Part shown: positions 8,198-16,527 of the stretch, piece by piece
Layout of the letters: every line of letters begins with the position of its first letter
Numbering within the stretch: the stretch's first letter is position 1
Assembly: GCA_965205265.1 (NCBI GenBank)
Contig: CBDBGH010000003.1
Span: forward strand, 5,088,001 to 5,152,000
Direction: 5' to 3'
DNA length: 64,000 bases
DNA from: Alphaproteobacteria bacterium
GTDB lineage: Bacteria; Pseudomonadota; Alphaproteobacteria; Bin95
Program-made: the position numbers and the translations under genes
Notes under the pieces: generated by a model
What the model was told of the DNA's origin: nothing
The model's database searches: none
What the model saw: the letters and a program-made list of their open reading frames with translations, nothing else

Positions 8198-8473
8198 ATG
8201 GGACAGACAGTGTACAAGGAACATGTCACCGACGCCCTTGAGGGCGCCATGACCGGCCTGGCCCGCGAGGCGGGCGTGACCATGCCCTCGCTGATGGGCG
8301 CCATCGTGGTGTCGGTGCACCAGTCGCAGGAGGACGGGGCGCCGCCCGGGCTCCATATCGCGACGAACCTGCCCCGGGAGCTGTTTCACGAGGCTGTGGA
8401 ACGCCTTGCGGACCGGCAGGGGGCAGGGAAGGTCGAGCCGGACACGGAGGGCTATGCATCGGTCGGTTCGTAA
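8198..8473 (+). CDS. Hypothetical protein within the tRNA array
   Basis: MGQTVYKEHVTDALEG...; RBS GAGGGG. Confidence 0.65.
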   Translation: MGQTVYKEHVTDALEGAMTGLAREAGVTMPSLMGAIVVSVHQSQEDGAPPGLHIATNLPRELFHEAVERLADRQGAGKVEPDTEGYASVGS

Positions 8474-8478
8474 CTGGC

Positions 8479-8555
8479 GGGAGAGTGGCGGAAAAGGCAT
8501 ACGCGCCGGATTTAGGTTCCGGTCTATCCGGGTTCGAGTCCCGGCTCTCCTACCA
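8479..8555 (+). tRNA. tRNA-Leu(TAG), short variable loop
   Basis: Loop TTTAGGT, Leu-type D arm, ACCA. Confidence 0.88.
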
Positions 8556-8574
8556 GACGGCCGTGAAAGGACAG

Positions 8575-8648
8575 GCGGGTGTAGTTCAAAGGTAGAATGT
8601 CAGGTTTCCACCCTGAATATGCGGGTTCGATTCCCGCCATCCGCTCCA
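8575..8648 (+). tRNA. tRNA-Gly(TCC)
   Basis: Loop TTTCCAC, TCCA. Confidence 0.92.
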
Positions 8649-8679
8649 GCGCCGGCCTGGGAACGGAATTCAACATGAG

Positions 8680-8752
8680 GGCCTCATAGCTCAGTGGATA
8701 GAGCAGCGGTTTCCGGGACCGCAGGTCGAAGGTTCAAGTCCTTCTGAGGCCT
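8680..8752 (+). tRNA. tRNA-Arg(CCG), no encoded CCA (CTA instead)
   Basis: Loop TTCCGGG, full cloverleaf. Confidence 0.88.
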
Positions 8753-8839
8753 CTAGGACACCCCGGCACGACGCGCGTGGAAAGAGAGAACAAGACGCGG
8801 TTGCGCAGGGTTGAAGAAGGGAACGGGAGTGAAGTAAAG

Positions 8840-8931
8840 GGAAGCGTGCCGGAGTGGCTTAACGGGGCAGTCTTGAAAACTGACATGGGCCGGGAGGTCC
8901 ATCCTGGGTTCGAATCCCAGCGCTTCCTCCA
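8840..8931 (+). tRNA. tRNA-Ser(TGA)
   Basis: Loop CTTGAAA, long variable arm, CCA. Confidence 0.92.
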
Positions 8932-8964
8932 TCCCCGTTCCTTCATGCGGGAGAAACAGTTCCA

Positions 8965-9039
8965 GGTCTCGTCGTCTAGTGGTAAGGACACCGGATTGTC
9001 GATCCGGCAACGCGGGTTCAATTCCCGCCGGGACCGCCA
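8965..9039 (+). tRNA. tRNA-Asp(GTC)
   Basis: Loop TTGTCGA, G73, CCA. Confidence 0.9.
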
Positions 9040-9047
9040 AAACAAAC

Positions 9048-9123
9048 GGGGTCGTAGCTCAATCGGGAGAGCGTCTGCTTTGCAAGCAGAGGGTTGAGGG
9101 TTCAAGTCCCTCCGATTCCACCA
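9048..9123 (+). tRNA. tRNA-Ala(TGC)
   Basis: Loop TTTGCAA, G3:U70, ACCA. Confidence 0.92.
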
Positions 9124-9207
9124 ATGGCCTCTCCACGGCCCACCAAGGCCCGTGGAGAGGCCTCCAGATCGTACAGGGAGAAGATCCCGAAAAGAACACA
9201 GAAGGAC

Positions 9208-9283
9208 GGTCTCGTAGCTCAATGGACAGAGCGTCTGACTACGGATCAGAAGGTTGCGGGTTCGACTCCTGCCGAGACCTCCA
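9208..9283 (+). tRNA. tRNA-Arg(ACG)
   Basis: Loop CTACGGA, CCA. Confidence 0.92.
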
Positions 9284-9286
9284 GAT

Positions 9287-9362
9287 GCCCGGGTAGCTCA
9301 GCTGGTAGAGCGCTGCGTTGAAGGCGCAGGCGTCGGTGGTTCGATCCCATCCCCGGGCACCA
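9287..9362 (+). tRNA. tRNA-Phe(GAA)
   Basis: Loop TTGAAGG, ACCA. Confidence 0.92.
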
Positions 9363-9366
9363 TTGC

Positions 9367-9442
9367 GGCCCCGTAGCCAAGCGGTCAAAGGCTCCGGGTT
9401 CTGATCCCGGGATCCCTGGTTCGAATCCAGGCGGGGCTTCCA
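9367..9442 (+). tRNA. tRNA-Gln(CTG)
   Basis: Loop TTCTGAT, Gln-type D arm, CCA. Confidence 0.9.
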
Positions 9443-9579
9443 GTTGCACCGGAGCGGTAAAGGCTATGGCGAAGTTTTCGGGCGAAGCCGCTAAAGGAGC
9501 CATGCGGTCCGGGTCGCCGCGATCCGATCCGGGTTCCGGCAAACCGGCCGCGCGGGCCTGCGGGAAGGAAGGTCGAAGG

Positions 9580-9891
9580 ATGATCCAGACGATAGAATGG
9601 GACAGCTACACATACCGGTCCTATGTAGGCCAGTGCGAAGAGAACATCGCCCGCCTCGAGGCGGAGCTCGATCGGGCGAAGCACCATCTGTCGTTCGCGC
9701 AGGCGCAGTTCCAGGCGGTTGTTCCGTTGGGGATGGCAGATTCCAGCCTGCCGTCCAATTTCGGCGAAATCGTGCTGGCGGCCGAATTCAACGCGGGAAT
9801 GCTTCCCGAGGGTGTCGAGATCGGCGCCAAGATCAGGAAGATTGCCGCCGACATGATGACGGGCAGCCAGTCGGCCCCTGTTCGGCGGTAG
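9580..9891 (+). CDS. Hypothetical coiled-coil protein
   Basis: MIQTIEWDSYTYRSY...; purine-rich RBS. Confidence 0.6.
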   Translation: MIQTIEWDSYTYRSYVGQCEENIARLEAELDRAKHHLSFAQAQFQAVVPLGMADSSLPSNFGEIVLAAEFNAGMLPEGVEIGAKIRKIAADMMTGSQSAPVRR

Positions 9892-9980
9892 CTCGACCCG
9901 GCAGGCCGCCACGCCCGGTGCCGGTCCAGGTATGCCGGCCACCATCGTCATGGACATGATGTTCGACCATGCATACTGGC

Positions 9981-10013
9981 GTTAGACAACAATAACCAGT
10001 ATTGTTGTCTAAC
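9981..10013. promoter_or_regulatory. Perfect 14-bp inverted repeat, putative operator
   Basis: GTTAGACAACAATA-ACCAG-TATTGTTGTCTAAC immediately before the ATG at 10015. Confidence 0.65.
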
Positions 10014-10014
10014 C

Positions 10015-11097
10015 ATGCCATCCGCCCTCCGGTTCCACAGCCATTCCGGCCACGCCGCCTACCAGGATCTCCGGCGTCGGCTCATGGATGCGGCCGTGTC
10101 GGAAATCCGCGGCACCCCGACCCGGCTCGCCGTCAAGGGCCGCTATTTCTGGTACGACAAATACCGGGTCGGGACGGAGGTGAGACAGCGCTATATCGGC
10201 CCCGAGACCGACGGGCTGCTCGCCAGGCTGGACCGCCTGGCCGATTTGCGCAGGGATCGAAGGGCCACGGAGCGGGAACAGGCCCGACTCATCCGTTTCC
10301 TGCGGGCCGACAGCTATAACTCGCTGGACCGCGGCACCGGCAGCCTCCTGGCCTCCTTCGCCGGATGCGGCGTCTTCCGCCTGGGCGGCACGCTCATCGG
10401 GGCTGTCGCCTTCCAGCATTACGAGGGCGAACTCGGCGTGGTCATGGATTTCGAGCGGATAGCCCGGACCGACGACATCGACATCGCCAGCTTCGAACGA
10501 CTGTCCTTCGCCATCGGCGACAGCGTCGAAACGCCCTTGGAGGAGGTCTTTCGAGAGCTGAAGTTCCAGCCCGTTCCGTCCCTGGACCAGCGGCATGTCT
10601 GGCGCTGGCGCCAGACGACCGGCTCCGTCCTGGTCGAATTCCTGATGCCGGCGCACGGGGAGGAAGGGATACGCAGACTGCCCGCCCTGGGCGTCAGCGC
10701 CCGTGCGCTTCGTCATCTGGACTATCTTCTCGAAGATCCCGTTCCGGCCGTGTCTCTCTACCGGTCAGGCGTGCTTGTCCGGATTCCGCGTCCCGAGCGG
10801 TTCGCGATCCACAAGCTCATCGTGGCCGAACGCCGTCGGGGCGGCCCGGATTCCCTGAAGGCCTCCAAGGACCGGGCCCAGGCGGATTTCCTCATTGCCG
10901 CCCTGGCGGAAATGCGCCCGGATGAACTGGCTCTCGCCTATGGCGAGGCCATGGGTCGAGGCCCCGGCTGGAGCAATCGCATAACGGCAAGCCTGAACAG
11001 GCTGCCGGGCGCAAGGGAGCGCGTCCTGGGCGTTGTCGGCGCCGACGACGCCCATCCGCAGCCGTCGGCCTCCTCAACCATATCCGGCCCCGCCTGA
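10015..11097 (+). CDS. GSU2403-family nucleotidyltransferase-fold protein
   Basis: GVFRLGGTLIGAVAF, RTDDIDIA, VRIPRPERFAIHKLIVA, KASKDRAQA motifs. Confidence 0.85.
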   Translation: MPSALRFHSHSGHAAYQDLRRRLMDAAVSEIRGTPTRLAVKGRYFWYDKYRVGTEVRQRYIGPETDGLLARLDRLADLRRDRRATEREQARLIRFLRADSYNSLDRGTGSLLASFAGCGVFRLGGTLIGAVAFQHYEGELGVVMDFERIARTDDIDIASFERLSFAIGDSVETPLEEVFRELKFQPVPSLDQRHVWRWRQTTGSVLVEFLMPAHGEEGIRRLPALGVSARALRHLDYLLEDPVPAVSLYRSGVLVRIPRPERFAIHKLIVAERRRGGPDSLKASKDRAQADFLIAALAEMRPDELALAYGEAMGRGPGWSNRITASLNRLPGARERVLGVVGADDAHPQPSASSTISGPA

Positions 11098-11498
11098 AGC
11101 AGGATCCGACATTCCGAATTCCAAGGTCCGCTGTTCCACAATATCGGGACTGGAGCCCCGCAAAGTTTGCAGCGGTTTTTTTGGTTGACTGCGGCGATTT
11201 GAACGCTAGATTGGCGGCCCATTGATCCACGGGGCTTGAGGCAGAACCTCTCCTTCGTGTTCAAGACGGGGAAGACAGGACCATGGCGAGAGTCATAAAA
11301 CCGAGCGTCAGCCGCAAAGCGTGCTTGAGCTTGCCGGTCCGTCACCAATTGTGGCCGTGGTGGCCTCATATTATCTGCGGCGTGTAAGGGCAGGACCCGG
11401 ACCCGTTAACCGAAGCAGTCCTGTGGCAAGCACCTGAAGCGGTTCCAATCCGTCCCGGTGGCCGAACGACCCCTTCCGCCGAAGCAGCCTCCATCCAT

Positions 11499-11574
11499 AG
11501 CCCTATAGCCAAGCGGTCAAAGGCTCCGGGTTTTGATCCCGGGATCCCGGGTTCGAATCCCGGTAGGGCTTCCA
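11499..11574 (+). tRNA. tRNA-Gln(TTG)
   Basis: Loop TTTTGAT, CCA. Confidence 0.9.
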
Positions 11575-11597
11575 ATACACACAACCTTTGCAACCGG

Positions 11598-11673
11598 GCG
11601 CCTGTAGTTCAACTGGCAAGAACATCGGTCTCCAAAACCGAGGATACAGGTTCGAATCCTGTCGGGCGCGCCA
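11598..11673 (+). tRNA. tRNA-Trp(CCA)
   Basis: Loop CTCCAAA, GCCA. Confidence 0.92.
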
Positions 11674-11707
11674 ACCCTGAAACCGGGAGGTACGGACAGA
11701 AAACGGA

Positions 11708-11784
11708 GCGCGGGTGGTGAAACTGGCAAACACACGGCATTCAAACTGTCGGCACTGGGGGTTCGAGTCCCTCCCCGCGTACCA
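11708..11784 (+). tRNA. tRNA-Leu(CAA), short variable loop
   Basis: Loop TTCAAAC, Leu-type D arm, ACCA. Confidence 0.88.
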
Positions 11785-11792
11785 CCCCTTCC

Positions 11793-11866
11793 AGGCGTGT
11801 AGCTTAATGGTAGAGCAGCCGACTGATAATCGGCCGGTCGAGGTTCAACTCCTTGCACGCCTACCA
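11793..11866 (+). tRNA. tRNA-Ile(GAT)
   Basis: Loop CTGATAA, ACCA. Confidence 0.9.
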
Positions 11867-11883
11867 ACCGCATATGCCACGGC

Positions 11884-11958
11884 AGCCCCATAGCCAAGCG
11901 GCAAAGGCTCCGGGTTTACACCCCGGGATCCCCGGTTCGAGTCCGGGTGGGGCTACCA
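11884..11958 (+). tRNA. tRNA-Val(TAC) on a tRNA-Gln-like body
   Basis: Loop TTTACAC, A73, CCA; D arm and anticodon stem match the Gln genes. Confidence 0.85.
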
Positions 11959-11961
11959 ATC

Positions 11962-12035
11962 GGGCCCGTAGTTCAACGGTAGAACGCTCGACTTTTAATC
12001 GAGGAATGAGAGTTCGATTCTCTCCGGGCCTTCCA
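11962..12035 (+). tRNA. tRNA-Lys(TTT)
   Basis: Loop CTTTTAA, CCA. Confidence 0.9.
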
Positions 12036-12045
12036 TCATCCTGCT

Positions 12046-12119
12046 GTGCCGGTAGCTTAGTCGGTCAAAGCGCCAGGTTGTGGCCCTGGAGATCGGGTTC
12101 GATTCCCGCCGGCACCCCA
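12046..12119 (+). tRNA. tRNA-His(GTG)
   Basis: Loop TTGTGGC, C73, CCA; short T stem; no encoded G-1. Confidence 0.82.
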
Positions 12120-12205
12120 CAGCACCGTTATATGCCCGGCGGCCGGGTGCCGCCGTTCCAGGACGGCGCCCTTCCCGCAGGAATTGCGGACCCCTCTAGC
12201 GGAAG

Positions 12206-13135
12206 CTACGGGGAAGGGGATTCTTCGGCCTGCGCCCGCGGTCCGGGACTATACGGGGCTTCCCAGACACGCCGCTCGCCGAGCAGCAGCTTGCGCATGT
12301 CGTGAACCAGGCTGTCTTGCGCCTCGACGAACTGTTCTTCGAGCGCGCGGTCCGGTGCGCCCGGCATGCCCGGCATGCGGCATCGGTTCCATACATGCTC
12401 AAGCAGCCAGTGGTGTTGCGCCGCTTCCCAGAACGCCGCCTTCCCGAGTGGGACGCTCTTCCGGCAATCGGCGTGGAATTTGCGGGCGCGGTCCTCCGTT
12501 ATCTCATGGCCCGCGCTGCGGACCGCATCGATATTGGCCGCGGCGATATCGTCTGCAAATTCGAGGTCCAGCTTAGTCGGGATATTGCCGATCCTCTTGC
12601 CGGAATGCTTCTCGATGAGCCACGCGCAGACACCGATATGCTGCGGCCGGCACAGAGGCCCCTTTCCCTGGCGGAAGCCGGTATCCTTTCCGGCCAGAAG
12701 CTCGTCGCGCATCTCCAGGGCAACCGTATCGCGAGCGGTTCCAATCCACCCCCAGGCCGCGCTTTCCGGCCACTGCGGGTGCTCGCAACTCTGGTAGTCG
12801 AGGCATCCGAGATAGGCGTGGGCCTCGGCTGTGCTGCAACTGATCGGTGCGGCGATCCGGCAAGCCTCCATATAAGCCCGGCCGGTCTGCTCGCCGGGAA
12901 TCATGTCGGCCAGCGGGTCTTCTTCCGGGCCGGGGTCGCCAGCGGCCATGCCCATCTCCCGCTCATAGAGGTCCCGGGCCTCGGGACCGTAACGGAAGGC
13001 GACGCTTTTCAGGTTTTCCAGCGCAAGCGCCTGGGCGATGTCCGCCGGGTCCATATTGGCGGCGGCGGGAACCGAGTCCGCGATGATGCGGGCGCAGGTT
13101 GCGATATGAGTCTCGTTGCAGATGAAGGCGCTCAT
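12206..13135 (-). CDS. Phage-type hypothetical protein with an apparent internal domain duplication
   Basis: MSAFICNETHIATCA...ENLKSVAFRY...CLDYQSCEHPQW; second unit LCRPQHIGVCA...ANIDAV. Confidence 0.75.
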   Translation of the reverse strand: MSAFICNETHIATCARIIADSVPAAANMDPADIAQALALENLKSVAFRYGPEARDLYEREMGMAAGDPGPEEDPLADMIPGEQTGRAYMEACRIAAPISCSTAEAHAYLGCLDYQSCEHPQWPESAAWGWIGTARDTVALEMRDELLAGKDTGFRQGKGPLCRPQHIGVCAWLIEKHSGKRIGNIPTKLDLEFADDIAAANIDAVRSAGHEITEDRARKFHADCRKSVPLGKAAFWEAAQHHWLLEHVWNRCRMPGMPGAPDRALEEQFVEAQDSLVHDMRKLLLGERRVWEAPYSPGPRAQAEESPSP

Positions 13136-13204
13136 GAGCGGCTCCTCTGGCTACATGCCGTTCGCCAGTCCGTTGCATTGCAACCTAAGTGGGCGATGTG
13201 AAAA

Positions 13205-13610
13205 CGCCAAACCCGAAACCCGGCCGGACCGGCGTCAATCCCATGGCGACGGAGGCGGTGGTCGGGGCAGCCGGAAGCGTGCGGAGCGAAGCAGCTGTCA
13301 GGCGAAAGGACGGGTCCTAGAGGCGCCCCGACCCTTTCGAGCGGAAGGTGGCAGCCGCTCTGCGGCCCGCTCGCCTGTCTGCTGACAGATCCGCGGAATT
13401 GCGAGCGGACATGACAGTCCGCCCCAAAATTATCCTGCGGCCCGGCCTTGAAGTCCCGGGGCCGCCGGTCTATCTGGCCGTGGTAACCCAACGGGCGTTC
13501 CCGAGGCGAACGCGGATTTCGGAGAGTTCCACTTCTTCCACACACCGGTTGCGACAGGAAGTTTCGGGCGGCGGGTGGACCGGCTCTTCCCTTGGGTCAA
13601 GGGAAATATC
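13205..13610 (+). ncRNA. Candidate large structured ncRNA
   Basis: No credible ORF; many nested and long-range helices; directly upstream of tRNA-Met; strand inferred from the tRNA. Confidence 0.4.
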
Positions 13611-13619
13611 CCATCGGAT

Positions 13620-13696
13620 TGCGGGATGGCGCAGACGGCAAGCGCGCCTGGCTCATAACCAGGAGGTCGAAGGTTCGAGTCCTTCTCCCGCAACCA
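13620..13696 (+). tRNA. tRNA-Met(CAT), initiator-like body
   Basis: Loop CTCATAA, TGCGGGA/TCCCGCA acceptor, ACCA. Confidence 0.9.
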
Positions 13697-13731
13697 ACCT
13701 CTCTCTTCCGGAGAGGGAAGCGCCCGCTCGG

Positions 13732-14391
13732 CTACATGTCCGGCTCCGGCCCGTCATGGGCCTCCGCGGCCGCGGCCCCTTCTTCGAGCGCCTCACGGCG
13801 CCGGGCATAGAGGTCCTCCAGGCGGCCCTCGATCGCCTCGATCTGGGCCAGGACGGCTTCCCGGCGCCCTTCCAGCGCCGCTATCTCTGCATCCAGGTCG
13901 CGCGGGACGATCTCGACCTCCCATTGGTCGGGATCGACAGTGTCGAGAGCGGGCACGGGCATCTCCCTTACGGAGAGCACGGTGCCCTCGGGAATCCGGA
14001 CCCGCGGCTCGTCATGCGTACCGGCCGTCTCAATGGAACCGGAGACCACGAGAACGCCTTCGGCGGTCCGCGCTCCCTTGTCGAAATCCCATGCCTGGAC
14101 GAGCGGGCGGCCGGCGAGGCGGGCGGTGGTAACGCCGCCGGCGTCGGGCCCGACATCGAGCAGCGCCCGCGCTGTCACCTGGATGTCCACGGTCTCGACC
14201 GGAGATCCGTCCGAGCCGTATAGTTCCAGACAGGTTTGCCGGACCAGTTCCGCGGCTTCGATGTCGAACACCCACTGACCGGTTGGCCGGTCGCATTTGC
14301 CGCCCAGCTGCCGGGCCCGTGTGACGAACTCGGGGTCGTAGGGGCTGTCGACCCTCACGACATGCGGCGTCTCCAGCAGTCTGACCGTCAT
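13732..14391 (-). CDS. Conserved phage/plasmid hypothetical protein
   Basis: VDSPYDPEFVTRARQLGGK...WVF...ELYGSDG motif; C-terminal coiled coil. Confidence 0.75.
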   Translation of the reverse strand: MTVRLLETPHVVRVDSPYDPEFVTRARQLGGKCDRPTGQWVFDIEAAELVRQTCLELYGSDGSPVETVDIQVTARALLDVGPDAGGVTTARLAGRPLVQAWDFDKGARTAEGVLVVSGSIETAGTHDEPRVRIPEGTVLSVREMPVPALDTVDPDQWEVEIVPRDLDAEIAALEGRREAVLAQIEAIEGRLEDLYARRREALEEGAAAAEAHDGPEPDM

Positions 14392-14516
14392 GCCCGGCCT
14401 CCTTCCGTCTGCGTACCGGGGGAGGTTACAGCGGAGGCATGAAAATCCCGCGAGCCGGGACGGCGGAGAGCGGATGCAGTGCCGGCGGGGTTGAGCGGGA
14501 CGGGCTGCGGAGCCGC

Positions 14517-14767
14517 CTACGGGCGGAAATCCTCCTCGGCCTCCTCCGGGTCGCCCCACTCCTCAAGCCAGAACGGCTCCATGATGTCGACCATGACAGC
14601 GACTTCCTCGCCCGCGACCCCGTCTCCTCATCGAATAGATAGATGCCGAAGGTCTGGTGCGCGCAGAACTTGCGTCCACCGCTCTCGACCTCGGCAATCG
14701 CCCCATCCAGGGTCGTCGCCTCCAGAGGCACCTCGAGTCCGTTTCCGGTGGCGATATATCTGGTCAT
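14517..14767 (-). pseudogene. Small acidic hypothetical protein, apparently frameshifted
   Basis: MTRYIATGNG...YLFDEETG continues plausibly in another frame as EEVAVMVDIMEPFWLEEWGD...RP*. Confidence 0.4.
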
Positions 14768-14822
14768 TGGGGATCTCCGTGCAGCGGGTGGACCGCGTGG
14801 GATGCGGGACGCCGTCCGGCCG

Positions 14823-16391
14823 TCATTGCGCCCGGGCCGGGACGAATGGCGTATCGGGCGGCCTGAACCCGAGCAGCACGCGGTAATCGGTTGCCCGGAC
14901 CGCGCTCAGGCCTGTCCCGTCATTCGGACCGGAATCGGGGAAGGATATGTCCGTGGTCCAGTGCCGGGAGTCCGGGTCATGGCGCCAGACGACAATGGCC
15001 CTGCCGTCGCTGCCGCCGAGGATGGCCGCGACTCCCAGGCGGCGGACGATATCTTCCGACATCAGCTCGAAAACTTCCTTCAGAAAGCCGATCCGGAGGA
15101 CGGACCTGCAGGGACTGTCGTCCGATGCATGCACGACGACAGTCGGAATGCGATCGGAAGCGTCGGGCCGCCAGCCCGTCTGCCAGCCGGTCCGGGTAAC
15201 CCACCTTGTGGACATGTCGGCCGCATTCGCGCCGCGCCAGCGGCCCAATTGGACGGTCGCCCCCCGAATGCCGGCGCGGGCGGCCGTCTCGATGGCGCAG
15301 CCGGCGACGGCCTGCTTGATCTCGAGGCTTATCCGGGAGGTGAGCGCGGGGGGATGCTCTTCGGGCGGGAACACCCGGAGGGCTTCCTCCCGATGCCGGT
15401 CGCGAAGGCCGGATGTCACGATCTGCGCTGACACATGCCCGTGACGGGCGACAAGGACCGGCCAGGCATCGTCGTCGCGAACCTCGTCGAGGCTCTGCAG
15501 GGTGAGGGCTGCAAACAGCTTTTCGGTGTCGAGATTATGGCGCTGGCGGCGATGGCGCTCGAGTTCGCTGCGCGCGACCGCCGGCGCTCCCTCCCGGACC
15601 GTGAGGCCCGCCTGCGACCAGTCGAGCGCGCCGCGGAGCATGTGCCAGTAGCCGATCGCCCTGTCACGCTCGAGGCCGTCCGGCCAGCCATAGAGGTCCT
15701 GAATGCGGCGGCCGCCCGTATTCCCGGCGGGAGAGCAACGCCAGAGGCGGTCGGCGGTGTCTCCGTCCACCCGCACGCTCTCGCTTTCGAGGAAGGCCTC
15801 GAAGGACGAGCCGATGAGGGCGGCAAGGACGGCTCCGGGAACCGGGGCGCCTTCGTCCGGGACCGGGCTGCCCGTGGCGTCTAGGATGCGCCGGCAGTGT
15901 TGCGAAAGCTCCCGCGGTCCGCCGGGCGGGCCGTTCAGGAGCGCATCCGCCATGGTTTCGCAAAGGTCCCGCCCGGCCCCGGTGGGCTCGCGCCGCAGTT
16001 CGGCGAACAGGGCCTGGGACCATTGATGGGCAAATCGTTCGCAGAGGCGTGTGTCGTCATCGTCGGCCAGCGTTATCAGCGGATAGCCGTCGAATTCCAT
16101 CTCCAGGACAGGGCCCGGTGCGGACAGGGACCTGTCGTCCGGTGACACCGTCGACACGAGAATGGCGACCCGGCGTCCCAATCCGACTTGGTCGGGCGGC
16201 ATGCACATCAGCGAAGCGAAGTCACGCAGTCCGCCTTCAAGATCCTCCAGAATGTCGTGCCGCATGGCGGCTTCCAGGGCGGTCTCTACCGGAAGCACGA
16301 TATCGCGCAGCCCGAAGCGGATCTGGATACGCCGCTTGTTGCTTTCGCACAGGAGCAGCGCCTCGGGGTCGGGCTGTCGTTCCTGGGCCAT
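14823..16391 (-). CDS. LPD1-like (polyvalent-protein-associated) domain protein, probably degenerate
   Basis: FAHQWSQAL at the AHEWxHAL position, SFEAFL, YGWPDGLERDR; family assignment from memory. Confidence 0.55.
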   Translation of the reverse strand: MAQERQPDPEALLLCESNKRRIQIRFGLRDIVLPVETALEAAMRHDILEDLEGGLRDFASLMCMPPDQVGLGRRVAILVSTVSPDDRSLSAPGPVLEMEFDGYPLITLADDDDTRLCERFAHQWSQALFAELRREPTGAGRDLCETMADALLNGPPGGPRELSQHCRRILDATGSPVPDEGAPVPGAVLAALIGSSFEAFLESESVRVDGDTADRLWRCSPAGNTGGRRIQDLYGWPDGLERDRAIGYWHMLRGALDWSQAGLTVREGAPAVARSELERHRRQRHNLDTEKLFAALTLQSLDEVRDDDAWPVLVARHGHVSAQIVTSGLRDRHREEALRVFPPEEHPPALTSRISLEIKQAVAGCAIETAARAGIRGATVQLGRWRGANAADMSTRWVTRTGWQTGWRPDASDRIPTVVVHASDDSPCRSVLRIGFLKEVFELMSEDIVRRLGVAAILGGSDGRAIVVWRHDPDSRHWTTDISFPDSGPNDGTGLSAVRATDYRVLLGFRPPDTPFVPARAQ

Positions 16392-16527
16392 TGCGCCTCC
16401 GCGCACAGCTGTGGATAAATCACGGTTATAGGGCGCAAACCGTGCCACGTCGAGGATTTGGCGCTGTCCGTCCGCAGCGGCAACCGATTGGCGGACCATG
16501 GCGCCTGGGGACCGCACCGGCCTGCCT

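Noticed and set aside
6900-12305. Many short ORFs overlapping the tRNA genes
   Set aside because: Spurious translations of tRNA sequence
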